Source of the DNA: a virus
DNA length: 64,000 nt
Virus record (IMG/VR): IMGVR_UViG_3300046168_000085
Coordinates: 16,389-80,388 of that record
Direction: 5' to 3' (one strand)
How positions within the stretch are numbered: the first letter of the stretch is position 1; each line of letters begins with the position of its first letter. Positions 1 to 9,358 of the stretch are shown here, one piece after another. The notes beneath the pieces were generated by a model. It made no database searches and was not told the DNA's origin. It was given only the letters and a program-made list of their open reading frames with translations. Position numbers and translations under genes: made by a program.

Positions 1-145
1 TCTCTGCTTGCTTTGCTTCTTTTGCTTGCTTTGCTTCAAACTCAGCAATTTGCTTTCTAAGTTCTGCTTGTCTTTCTAAACTTTTTTGGTATTTGCTTTT
101 GTTTCCAAATGCACCACCAGTTCCTGCTTTACTTTTACTGCTCAT
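1..145 (-). CDS. Partial hypothetical protein running off the window edge (MSSKSKAGTGGAFGNKSKYQKSLERQAELRKQIAEFEAKQAKEAKQAE...), coiled-coil-like
   Basis: Hand-translated open frame from ATG at 145, overlapping the end of the upstream ORF; not in the ORF track. Confidence 0.6.
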   Translation of the reverse strand, partial: MSSKSKAGTGGAFGNKSKYQKSLERQAELRKQIAEFEAKQAKEAKQAE

Positions 146-428
146 TAATTACACTTTCTAATTTAGTTTTTACATCGAATAGACTTTGCATATATTCCGC
201 AACTTCTTCGTGTTCATCGTATGGATCAACACTTCCGTCTGCATCATAATGATAGCCTGTTTTTAATTGTGAACTATTAATATGTGGCAACTCACGAATT
301 GCTTTATCAATTGCATCAATAGCAATACTAAGTCCAGATGAATCGTTCCACGTATTAAAAGTAATTGTTTTATTTACTTTTGGTATTAACATTAAAATAA
401 TATTATTATAGTTTTTATATAAACACAA
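135..428 (-). CDS. Hypothetical protein
   Basis: ORF track; tightly packed with neighbours; true start may be an internal ATG (MLIPKV). Confidence 0.55.
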   Translation of the reverse strand: MCLYKNYNNIILMLIPKVNKTITFNTWNDSSGLSIAIDAIDKAIRELPHINSSQLKTGYHYDADGSVDPYDEHEEVAEYMQSLFDVKTKLESVINEQ

Positions 429-433
429 GAAAA

Positions 434-982
434 TTATTTCATTAAATAATAATATTTGTCTTCGAGGTACTCTTTTGTGCTTTTAGAAATTTTTCCATGT
501 TTAACTATTTTCTTTATATTTTGCCTATACTCTGTAATTTTACCTACATCGTTTGTCATCCGTGCTTCGGCAATTTTTTCTTCTATTACGAAAACACGTG
601 CATCATCTGCATTGTCATAACAATCAGGATCATTTGTATAATCAAATGAATCAAATATTTCTTGAAAATACCAGTTTTGTCTTCCGACTGCCCACATACT
701 CATCCATGCAATGAAAAACACACCAAGACATACTATTGATATTAATGTTGATGAATAATCTGTGGTATATGCTCCGAGAAATCCAGCAAGTGTTGGAAAC
801 CCAAGTATAAATCCCCACAACCAAACTAAAAATAAAAGAATGTGATTTCGTGTATACTCAGTCGGTTTGGTATTAGTAAATTTATCGTAATAACTTTGAT
901 CTTTTCCTTGCTTATGATCAATATAAATTTTACCAGTAAGCATTTGCATTAGTTTACTAAATTTTCTTCTTTTTTTTCCCAC
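434..982 (-). CDS. Hypothetical membrane protein (2 TM segments)
   Basis: Hydrophobic stretches ILLFLVWLWGFILGFPTLAGFLGA and LISIVCLGVFFIAWMSMWAV. Confidence 0.65.
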   Translation of the reverse strand: MGKKRRKFSKLMQMLTGKIYIDHKQGKDQSYYDKFTNTKPTEYTRNHILLFLVWLWGFILGFPTLAGFLGAYTTDYSSTLISIVCLGVFFIAWMSMWAVGRQNWYFQEIFDSFDYTNDPDCYDNADDARVFVIEEKIAEARMTNDVGKITEYRQNIKKIVKHGKISKSTKEYLEDKYYYLMK

Positions 983-997
983 TTCATATATACATAT

Positions 998-1459
998 TCA
1001 CAACGCATAATTTGGAATAGGTTTATAATCCATATTGTAAAAAAATCTGTTGTGTAATAAGTCCAAATATCTCTGAAAATAAAAATATGCACCTGCATAA
1101 TTTAATTCCACCATGCTTGCAGTTGTTTGTATATAAAATTCATGTTCCGTATCTCCGTATCTTTTTGTGGATTCACAATCTGCTAAAAACTTCAAATTAC
1201 GATCATGTTCATCAGATAATGCTTGTTCATACTCAGACATAAAGAATGCATATGTATCAAAGTCATGGTTTGCAATTGCATTACCCATTTCAACTAAATA
1301 AACATTTGACCATGTTTTGTACAACTTGGTATCGGTTGGTTTTAATTGACATTGTGTAGAATCTTTGGTTGATTGACACCCAACTAGCAATAATAATATT
1401 AAAGATACAATAAATTTTATCACGAAAGTAATACTATTACATAAAATAGAATTTGTCAA
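998..1459 (-). CDS. Putative lipoprotein with W-x3-Y-x2-E...N-x-D...Y-x-FF domain
   Basis: Hydrophobic signal ending in lipobox-like LVGC; motif shared with 31915..32388. Confidence 0.6.
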   Translation of the reverse strand: MTNSILCNSITFVIKFIVSLILLLLVGCQSTKDSTQCQLKPTDTKLYKTWSNVYLVEMGNAIANHDFDTYAFFMSEYEQALSDEHDRNLKFLADCESTKRYGDTEHEFYIQTTASMVELNYAGAYFYFQRYLDLLHNRFFYNMDYKPIPNYAL

Positions 1460-1983
1460 TTTTTTTTGGTAATTTTATACACAGATATTATTTTTGTGTA
1501 TTCTTTAAAAAATGACGGAATGCTTTCTTTGTCGTTTGGCCAAGCAGCCCAATGCCATTCGTGTATGTCATCATAGCCTTTTAATAACACAATAGCAAAA
1601 TCTCCTTTTTTTAAATCCTTGTATTTTATTTTTTTGTAATTAAAACCATTTCTTTTTAGATATGATCTAAGTTCAGGTGGGCAAGTGATTCTTCTGAATT
1701 CTGTATGAACTATCCCCAACCCCTTGAATATATTAAAACATCGATTTTCTTGTAAGTGAATTGAAACCATTTGTTTTGATATACCATCACCAAAATGTTT
1801 ATGCATCTGACTTAAACAAGTTGGACCACATGAATCGAAGTGCAGTGAATCTATTCCCATATTTGCCCACACTTCTTCTTTTGCAGAAGGTTTGTGAAAC
1901 AACCCACAACTTGTAAAACATAACAATATTGATATAAATAGTACGCACTTCACGTACTTATATATATTACCTAATCTACGCAA
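1456..1983 (-). CDS. Putative lipoprotein, C39-like cysteine peptidase
   Basis: Lipobox-like FTSC; DSCGPTCL (catalytic Cys context of C39 peptidases) and downstream HEWHW. Confidence 0.5.
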   Translation of the reverse strand: MRRLGNIYKYVKCVLFISILLCFTSCGLFHKPSAKEEVWANMGIDSLHFDSCGPTCLSQMHKHFGDGISKQMVSIHLQENRCFNIFKGLGIVHTEFRRITCPPELRSYLKRNGFNYKKIKYKDLKKGDFAIVLLKGYDDIHEWHWAAWPNDKESIPSFFKEYTKIISVYKITKKN

Positions 1984-2225
1984 TCATCAGATTCATCCCA
2001 AACCTGATTTTGTATTTTGGCACTTTCTTCATCAACAAAACGGTTAACCATCCCAACACGTGCATAATAGTTACCAAATCCCTTAAATGAAGAGTGTGTA
2101 TTATCTGGTTCATCCATTCCGTTCCATGATGCTAAAATTTGCACAGAATCACAATATTCTGATAACTCATTTAGTTTTTGCTCTATTATTGAATTAATAT
2201 GTTCTGCTCTTTCTTGGTCGTTCAT
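1971..2225 (-). CDS. Hypothetical protein
   Basis: ORF track; ATG at 2225 lies 36 nt downstream of the first base of a TTGACT -35 box. Confidence 0.6.
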   Translation of the reverse strand: MNDQERAEHINSIIEQKLNELSEYCDSVQILASWNGMDEPDNTHSSFKGFGNYYARVGMVNRFVDEESAKIQNQVWDESDDCVD

Positions 2226-2333
2226 AAAAATATATAGTATTTGATTTACGAAAAAAGTCAAACTATCTTCTTAACCCAATACACCTATTATTAATACACT
2301 CAGCAAACACGAACTTAACTCATGTTCTTACTT

Positions 2334-2744
2334 CTAATGAATAGATTTCGTTGTTACGATATTTTGATCACATTCTTTGACATTTTTGTTAATCCAGACC
2401 ATAGCATCAGAAAAAGTACCTGTAAACACAATTTCATCTTTATTTCTTATTTCATATACCGATGGTTTATTTGAGTGATTCCACTTCATTGATATGTCCG
2501 TTGAATTATACTTATCGGATTTTTTTATTGTGTGGGATATTTTAAGTGAAGAAACATCGGTATATTGTTCAAGTTTGTCACCGAGTATGTCTATATTTTG
2601 TGTAGCAGTTGTTTTAATTACAACATCGATGGTGTGTATATCTCCCACAGAGTCAATTACAGTAATTTCCAAGGAATCGTTGGATTTTTTATCAACGACT
2701 ACCTTTTCTGCGTTGCATGATAACTTTTTAAAGATATCATTCAC
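2334..2744 (-). CDS. Hypothetical protein
   Basis: ORF track; start overlaps the thioredoxin stop. Confidence 0.6.
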   Translation of the reverse strand: MNDIFKKLSCNAEKVVVDKKSNDSLEITVIDSVGDIHTIDVVIKTTATQNIDILGDKLEQYTDVSSLKISHTIKKSDKYNSTDISMKWNHSNKPSVYEIRNKDEIVFTGTFSDAMVWINKNVKECDQNIVTTKSIH

Positions 2745-2989
2745 TAAGATAATCTCTGAATAAGATCTTCTTTTGAAGTTGCTCCTAATACACCGTCTAC
2801 AATTTTACCATCTTCTTCTATGACAATCATTGGAACACTTCTTACACTATATTGTTGAGCAAGTTCTAAATTTTGATCAACATCAAGTATTTCTATCTTA
2901 TGACCTTCTTCTATAAGTTCGTTTACAACAGGTTTGAACATTTTGCATGGACCACACCATGATGCCGAAAAGTATTTTGCAGTTTTCAT
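2744..2989 (-). CDS. trxA: Thioredoxin
   Basis: FSASWCGPCK active site, cis-Pro loop SVP, 81 aa. Confidence 0.92.
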   Translation of the reverse strand: MKTAKYFSASWCGPCKMFKPVVNELIEEGHKIEILDVDQNLELAQQYSVRSVPMIVIEEDGKIVDGVLGATSKEDLIQRLS

Positions 2990-3022
2990 GTTATATACAT
3001 ATTAGGCAGTTAGTAAAATAAG

Positions 3023-3112
3023 TGGCGGAGGATGTAGGATTCGAACCTACGGAACCCGTAAGAGTTCAATGGTTTTCAAGACCACCGCCTTAAACCACTC
3101 AGCCAATCCTCC
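3023..3112 (-). tRNA. tRNA-Ser, anticodon UGA (reads UCA), long variable arm, encoded CCA
   Basis: GGAGGATTGGCTGAGTGGTTTAAGGCGGTGGTC-TTGAAA-ACCATTGAACTCTTACGGGTTCCGTAGGTTCGAATCCTACATCCTCCGCCA: acceptor, D, anticodon and T arms (GTTCGAATC) all fold. Confidence 0.96.
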
Positions 3113-3444
3113 TAATCATTTTTTTTCCACCAGTCGTTTTCATCTTCGTTTGGAAATTCATTCATAAAATCCTCATCCATGAATTTTTCTAGAAATCCCA
3201 ACGCACCGTTCTCCACAAAAGTAGCAATGTGATTATCGTATTCATCTGATATTATTGAAATACAAACCCATCCATGTAGCATTACACGTGTATATAACTC
3301 TGTAAAGTATTTTCCTTGTACTTTTATTTCCACCGAGTCGTCACCTGGTAATATCTCTACTTTATCACAATACTCCTCGAATATAGAATGTGCATATTTA
3401 TGGTTGCTCATTTTATTTAATAAGGTTTTTAATATCAGTTGCAT
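3112..3444 (-). CDS. Hypothetical protein with acidic C-terminus
   Basis: ORF track; its TAG stop overlaps the first base of the tRNA. Confidence 0.55.
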   Translation of the reverse strand: MQLILKTLLNKMSNHKYAHSIFEEYCDKVEILPGDDSVEIKVQGKYFTELYTRVMLHGWVCISIISDEYDNHIATFVENGALGFLEKFMDEDFMNEFPNEDENDWWKKND

Positions 3445-3658
3445 TTAGTTTATTATCAAAAAAAAGTTTAAATGCAATTTCACGATCATCTAAATCCATT
3501 TTTAGATTTACATTTTCTTTTAATGCATTTTCCAACGATATTTCATACTTGTACAACATTTTATTTAATACCTGTACACTCAACTTATCTTCATTTGAAG
3601 ATAAATGTCGTTTAACTGCTTCACGTTCTGAAACAGATATTTCGTTGGCAATTTGCAC
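3413..3658 (-). CDS. Hypothetical protein
   Basis: ORF track; immediately downstream of rpsU. Confidence 0.55.
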   Translation of the reverse strand: MQIANEISVSEREAVKRHLSSNEDKLSVQVLNKMLYKYEISLENALKENVNLKMDLDDREIAFKLFFDNKLNATDIKNLIK

Positions 3659-3659
3659 T

Positions 3660-3854
3660 TTAACGATTTTTATACTCTTTCATTAACTGAGAATAATAAG
3701 CATTCTGTTTTGCCTTCTTTTTAGTCTCTGACTTAGGAATAAAGTACCGTCTCTGTCTCACAGAATCAAGAACACCTTCTTCTTTAAGTTTCTTTTTAAG
3801 TCTTTTTAATGCCCGATCAACAGGTTCACCTTCTCTTACTTTTACTTTAATCAT
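3660..3854 (-). CDS. rpsU: 30S ribosomal protein bS21
   Basis: MIKVKVREGEPVDRALKRLKKK...RRYFIPKSE matches the bS21 pattern; 64 aa, basic. Confidence 0.93.
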   Translation of the reverse strand: MIKVKVREGEPVDRALKRLKKKLKEEGVLDSVRQRRYFIPKSETKKKAKQNAYYSQLMKEYKNR

Positions 3855-3860
3855 GTTTTT

Positions 3861-3889
3861 ATTTTATACGTTTATTTTTGAATTGTCAA
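3861..3889 (-). promoter_or_regulatory. sigma70-type promoter for rpsU (predicts a leaderless mRNA)
   Basis: TTGACA-N17-TAAAAT, then 6 nt, then ATG. Confidence 0.75.
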
Positions 3890-3891
3890 TG

Positions 3892-5169
3892 TTACTTGAA
3901 GTTTTCCATTGAATAAAAATTGCAATTTTTGTCAGATAGACATTTTGCTTGTTGCATACACCAATTACCACCGTCTATGAACCAATTCCACTTTTTGGGT
4001 TCTTTGATTTTTACGTTATCTCCGTATCCATCTGTGAATACAAAAATAACTGGATGTTTCTTTTTGTGTTTTAGTTCACGATCAATATGCTCCTGAATGA
4101 TATAAAATGAAGTACCCCCACCACTAATAAGTTTTTTATCTTTGAGATTAACTTCCGTTATTTTTGTATCAAAGCAGAATGTACGCATTTTGATTCTATC
4201 TTGTGGAATTGTAAGTGATGCACAATAAAAATCGTTTCGCAAATTAGCACACGAACCACTAACATCCAAATACAACCACATTTCTACTTTGTCATTGTCG
4301 TAAGCATAATCGTCATTATCAGAAGGAAGCATCAATTGACTTCCTGTGTCGGTGTTAAGTAAAGACAATCTACGATTTGTTTTTACCCATTGCTCTGCAT
4401 CTGTGTCGGTTCTGCCTTTATCAGTTGCCCATCTTTTAATAAGTTCAAACCAACTTTTTTTCTTTTTGATTGTGGTAGGTGGAATCATATGTTCCCATTC
4501 CATCATTGCACGATCACCTTTTCCAAAGTCTTTTGTTTTTTGACGATGTTTGTCAATTGTTTTGCTTATATCCTTTTTTTCTTCTTCCGACAAATCTTGG
4601 CCAAGTTGATCTACGATTTTATCAAAGTCAACATCTTCTAAATGATCATGTGAATCAACCAATTTACAATTTATGAAATTAGTATTGGGACTATCAACAA
4701 GTTTATTGTAATAGTATTCAAAGGTTTGCTCATTTTTAATTTCACCATCATTTTCAGCATACACGGTATCAATCCAACACAACTCTTTGGCATCTGAAAT
4801 TTTATGTCGTTGAAATCCAAAGTTATCTATTAACATATGATTAATAACTACATCAAGTGCAGTATTAACTAATTGAGGATGCTCTGCGTTTTTTGTGCGA
4901 AGTCCGTGATTCAACCAAACGTGTAGACATTCATGGCAGATAATAAACAATCGTTCGTATGATGTTTTAGATTCCCAAAACTCAGGATTGAAATGAAATG
5001 AAACATAATTACCTGCACGATCAAATTTAACACACGCAGTTGGAATTTCTTCATCAAAAACCATCTCACCCATTTCCCACAACTTGTAGAAAATTGAATG
5101 ATGCGTTTCTAACTTAAACGCAATTTCTTCAAACTCAGATAACTTTAAGACTTCACTCATCCGTCCCAA
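3892..5169 (-). CDS. Metallopeptidase-like + VWA domain protein (DUF2201-like)
   Basis: HECLH zinc motif; C-terminal MIDAS-like YLDVSGS, GGGTSF, VFTDGY. Confidence 0.85.
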   Translation of the reverse strand: MGRMSEVLKLSEFEEIAFKLETHHSIFYKLWEMGEMVFDEEIPTACVKFDRAGNYVSFHFNPEFWESKTSYERLFIICHECLHVWLNHGLRTKNAEHPQLVNTALDVVINHMLIDNFGFQRHKISDAKELCWIDTVYAENDGEIKNEQTFEYYYNKLVDSPNTNFINCKLVDSHDHLEDVDFDKIVDQLGQDLSEEEKKDISKTIDKHRQKTKDFGKGDRAMMEWEHMIPPTTIKKKKSWFELIKRWATDKGRTDTDAEQWVKTNRRLSLLNTDTGSQLMLPSDNDDYAYDNDKVEMWLYLDVSGSCANLRNDFYCASLTIPQDRIKMRTFCFDTKITEVNLKDKKLISGGGTSFYIIQEHIDRELKHKKKHPVIFVFTDGYGDNVKIKEPKKWNWFIDGGNWCMQQAKCLSDKNCNFYSMENFK

Positions 5170-6726
5170 TCATCGGTGAGAACATAAGAATCCATTTTTT
5201 GTGGAACAGGTGGCGGTGTTTTCTTTTTTGTACCAACCCTCAGATTTTCAAACAAATTCTTTGCAATTTTGCTTTCATTATCTTTGTATCGTCCAGGTTG
5301 ATAAATCTTTTTTTCACGATTTGCATCTTTCATTTTCTGAAGAAAGTTTGCAATGATTGATCCGTGCTTTTTAATGAATGCTTCCCAATTCAATTTCTGT
5401 TCAGAACATATTGTGTAAATGCAACTATTAATCGCACCTACAATCTCAGGAGACGCAATGGTATACGAATGAGAACGTTCTGCAACTGCATCAATCATTT
5501 CAATTGCTTCTGTTGCAGATTTAACAGACATTCCTTTCGCAGGTATATTTCCAACCAAATCTGAAACGAGTTCTTTACGATGTGCAGTTGTAGTAACTCT
5601 ACGTGTAAGCAAACCTTTGATAATCTGCTGAAAAGTTACATCATCATTTGCAGTATTACCAGTTGCACTCTGAGGAGCAGTTTTAAGTTCACTCATATCT
5701 ACAACATTAAGAATATGGTGCAAATCTTTAGTCAACTGCTTTGCTAACTTTTTGTTTTGATTTGCAGTAACAATATCCTTTGCAATGTCCGTGAACTTTT
5801 GATCTTTGCTTTTGATACGACCCACCGCAAGTTTGTATACATCAGTTTCCGTTGCCATTAAATTAGACAACTTTTCATTTGCAAACAATGGAACAAAAAA
5901 GTCACGGAGTTTCTTGCTTTTGATGATATAAGGAAGACCATCACGATAATTGTTTTCTGTTTTAATAAAGTCACGTGCTTCCGCAAGTTTCTTACGAGCA
6001 GCCAAAGCAACCAACTTTTCTTCAATTGGTCCATCTGTTAACACACGCATCAATTTGCTTACATTAGAAGATGTAGGAAGAACGTGACGCAGATTTCCTT
6101 TTGCTCCATAAACTTTCAACGCATACTCTAATCTACGAGGAGTAACTTTAGTTTGCACATTCGGTGGAAGTTCGTTCCACCAAGAAACTGCTGAATTGGC
6201 AAGTTGCTTACCGAAGTTTTCACGAAACCAAGTTACATCAGGTTTATACGGAACTTCAATGTGAACGTGAAATCTATCTTCTTGTGCAGGATCAAGAGCA
6301 TCTACATCGTAATTAAATTCTTCATCATCTTCAGGATTAATGGGCTGCCCATACAATTTTAAGATTCTTGAACTTACGACCATTGATACTTTTAAACTGA
6401 ATAAGTTCCATTACTGCATTACGAACTTTTTTGTGTGCTCTTGAAAATTCGTCCATAAAAATTGCTTCTACTTCATCATCTTGAAATTCTTGTGGACGAA
6501 CCAAATCCAAATAAGAGTTTCCGTTTTCATCGGTTTTTTCTTTTGGAACTCCGATGAAGTCAACCCACGGGTCCATTGTACTTGCACTAAAATATTTATA
6601 CTTCAAATTATTGCGTTCAAATGCATCAACTACCATAGCAGTTTTTCCTACTCCATGCTTTCCACGAAGCAATACATTTAGATTGTTTTCAATCCAAAAA
6701 TCAAAGTTGTTTGGTTTAAGATTCAT
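5157..6726 (-). CDS. MoxR-like AAA+ ATPase (one indel near 6352 joins the two listed ORFs)
   Basis: Walker A GKHGVGKT, Walker B IFMDE; removing one C restores KIVWAAINP...LDPAQEDRF; adjacent to the VWA gene. Confidence 0.85.
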
Positions 6727-6789
6727 ATATTTCCTTGGTTATATTTAAATTATATTATATATTATCAAATGCGTTTGATTCCGTCAAGA

Positions 6790-7335
6790 TTAGATAATCC
6801 ATCTTGGTATAGGTCGTTCATCATCAATGGTTTCATCAAGAGAATTTGCTTTTTCGTATTCTATAAATTTACCTGTTTTGCCATAGGGTCTTACCATTTT
6901 ATCAAACGAATCACTATTTACACCTGTGATATATAAACGCACTACTTCACCATTGACAGTTGTAAATCCGTGTAATCTAAAATTTTTGAATACTCTTGCT
7001 TTATTTAGTGCAGTTTCTAAATAATTAGAAACACCTGCTCCACATTGAATTTTCCATAATGCAATTCGTTTTGGTTTATCTGAAAGTACATTATGAAAGA
7101 AAATACTTTTCAGAAAGGGTCTTCCCCACGGATCAACTCCGTTTATGTAATCAAATGTTTGATTGGAATTAAAATCAAGTTCGTATGTAGGAAGTTTATT
7201 TGCAAACGGATTGAAGTATGGTTTCCAAATTGTTTCTCCGTGTCTATTTTGTACAAGATGTTTTGTATTCTCTGTTAGATTTTTACTCCAACTTGAACAC
7301 GGGTTCCATTCGTCTGAATTAACTATTGGTTGCAT
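6790..7335 (-). CDS. Hypothetical protein
   Basis: ORF track, 181 aa. Confidence 0.6.
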   Translation of the reverse strand: MQPIVNSDEWNPCSSWSKNLTENTKHLVQNRHGETIWKPYFNPFANKLPTYELDFNSNQTFDYINGVDPWGRPFLKSIFFHNVLSDKPKRIALWKIQCGAGVSNYLETALNKARVFKNFRLHGFTTVNGEVVRLYITGVNSDSFDKMVRPYGKTGKFIEYEKANSLDETIDDERPIPRWII

Positions 7336-7639
7336 TTACTCGTAACGATTCAGGATCATCACGCAATGCAGTCATAATTTCATTTACTTCAGTTTTTGTT
7401 CGATGACCAATGACATCATCAGAGGGTGTCAACTGAATGAATTCATTGTTATTATCGAATGCGGCCACTTCAAATGTAGATTTATAGAAATCATTTACAT
7501 CAATGTCACCATACATTCCGTCACCAGTTACAACAGAAATCGTACATCCATTATCAAAATCTTTTCTTGCTTGGATGCAGTTTACCGATCCACGATGTGG
7601 AATGAATGTTAATTCTTCAAACATTACGTTATTATTCAT
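7319..7639 (-). CDS. Hypothetical phage protein (paralog of 7678..8085)
   Basis: IQARKDFDNGCTISVVTG...TFEVAAFD; own TTGACT promoter. Confidence 0.65.
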   Translation of the reverse strand: MNNNVMFEELTFIPHRGSVNCIQARKDFDNGCTISVVTGDGMYGDIDVNDFYKSTFEVAAFDNNNEFIQLTPSDDVIGHRTKTEVNEIMTALRDDPESLRVNATNS

Positions 7640-7677
7640 AGATACTATAATACATTATTATTATAGAAAGTCAAGTA

Positions 7678-8085
7678 TTAGTCGTTCTGAAATTGAAGAA
7701 TAATCTGACCCACTTCTTGTGGTTCAAGATTCGCACCATGAGTGTCACCTTCCTCAGGAAAAATTCCATTGGTGATTGGGCATTGAATCTCGTTTCCTTC
7801 GTTATCAAAAATGCCAACGTGGAAAGTTGCGTGATTAAGAGCAGAATCAGGTCCTTCAGGATGTTCAGGATCAAAAGATGCTTCAATGCAAACATTACTT
7901 GACAAAAATCCGTGTGGAATTAAATTTCCGGTAAATATTTCTATCACACCCCCATCAAATGGGACCCTTGCATTAATTGAATTAAAACAATCGTGGGGAG
8001 ATAATGCTTCCCAATTCCATTCAATTGACTCAAACGCATTCCTATTATCAATATAATTTATCCAGTTATCTGTTATCGTTCCCAT
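7678..8085 (-). CDS. Hypothetical phage protein (paralog of 7319..7639)
   Basis: INARVPFDGGVIEIFTG...TFHVGIFD; own TTGACT promoter. Confidence 0.65.
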   Translation of the reverse strand: MGTITDNWINYIDNRNAFESIEWNWEALSPHDCFNSINARVPFDGGVIEIFTGNLIPHGFLSSNVCIEASFDPEHPEGPDSALNHATFHVGIFDNEGNEIQCPITNGIFPEEGDTHGANLEPQEVGQIILQFQND

Positions 8086-8172
8086 AATTTTTTCTCTCTA
8101 TTTTAGTTGTTTATATAATTTCTCTCTAGATATACACCCTACCAAAATTATTATAAAAAGTCAAGCAAAAAA

Positions 8173-8958
8173 TCACCAATGTTCAGGATATCTTGATTTT
8201 TGAAAACGACACAAAGCACATACTCGGATGATTATTTTATTAATAAATGCAGATACTTTTTCTACTGCATTATACAATTTTTTTTCTGTATTATCAAGAG
8301 GTATCCAATAATATTTTTCCAATGCTTTGTATTTGTCGGATTCTTCCCACTTTTTCCAATTTTCACGATACTCAATTAATTTATATCTCGCAATATTACA
8401 AATGTAATTAACTTCTGGATTAATTTCAAGTATTTTTCCATCTTTGAATGTTAAATGAAAATCAACACGCAAGTCTCTTCTAAATTCACGACTACCTAAA
8501 AAATACTTGGTTGCAGTTATACATCCTGTGTAGAATTTTTCTTCTTCATCACGATTACTACTTAAACAAGTTCTCCAATAGTCCATATCATTTAACTTCC
8601 AACTTCCTTTTTCATTGTCGGCATCTTTGGGTGATTCTGCTTCTCCGTTTCTTCCGTTTCGTGCAAAATGTATATAACCTTCTTTGTCTACCAAATAAAC
8701 ATTGTGATGGTCACGTTTGTCTTCACGGAATTCAAAACGATAATATAATCGTTGCCAATCAACTCCATAAAAAGGATGATCCTTTTCATCGCAATTCTCC
8801 ATATCACGATCAAGTGGAAGTTCATAATGAATTACAATTCTATTTGATTGATTACACGTTCCGTTTCTCAAAAGTCGTTCGTTTGATTTTGCTTCTGCTT
8901 CCAACGGATTGTGGTTTCCATAATGATCGTAAGGTTCGTATTCTTCTTCGTAACACAT
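8173..8958 (-). CDS. Hypothetical protein
   Basis: ORF track, 261 aa. Confidence 0.65.
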   Translation of the reverse strand: MCYEEEYEPYDHYGNHNPLEAEAKSNERLLRNGTCNQSNRIVIHYELPLDRDMENCDEKDHPFYGVDWQRLYYRFEFREDKRDHHNVYLVDKEGYIHFARNGRNGEAESPKDADNEKGSWKLNDMDYWRTCLSSNRDEEEKFYTGCITATKYFLGSREFRRDLRVDFHLTFKDGKILEINPEVNYICNIARYKLIEYRENWKKWEESDKYKALEKYYWIPLDNTEKKLYNAVEKVSAFINKIIIRVCALCRFQKSRYPEHW

Positions 8959-9032
8959 AAAAGAAGATTACCAAAAATTTCGGAAAAACAAAAGAATATA
9001 AAAACTATTAATGCTTACCAAATAGTAAGGTA

Positions 9033-9278
9033 TTATTCCATAAATGTACCAAAGTCTATGTTATTCAACGATGAAGGATAGTCATTAGTACTGTGTTTGT
9101 TGAGAAATCCTGCCAATTGTTCAAGTTGCTCTTGTTCTAGTTCAACTTCTATTTTGCGTTTCTGAAAAGGATTCCACGAAATTCCTTTTTTATGATTAAT
9201 ACGCATTTTGTAGGTTTTACCTTCTTTGAATAACTCTATGATTTTGTTTCCGTTATCCAACGATATTTTTGTACTCAT
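9033..9278 (-). CDS. Hypothetical protein
   Basis: ORF track; preceded by a promoter. Confidence 0.6.
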   Translation of the reverse strand: MSTKISLDNGNKIIELFKEGKTYKMRINHKKGISWNPFQKRKIEVELEQEQLEQLAGFLNKHSTNDYPSSLNNIDFGTFME

Positions 9279-9284
9279 AGCAAT

Positions 9285-9313
9285 AAGATACTATAATAAT
9301 ACATTTTTGTCAA
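9285..9313 (-). promoter_or_regulatory. sigma70-type promoter (leaderless geometry)
   Basis: TTGACA-N17-TATCTT, then 6 nt, then ATG at 9278. Confidence 0.6.
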
Positions 9314-9358
9314 ATAAAAGTGGTGAAAAAGTAAATTACTTTCTTGTGAATTATACAC

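Noticed and set aside
3023-3112. tRNA as a UGA suppressor or selenocysteine tRNA
   Set aside because: The anticodon is 5'-UGA-3', which reads UCA (Ser); a suppressor would need the anticodon UCA
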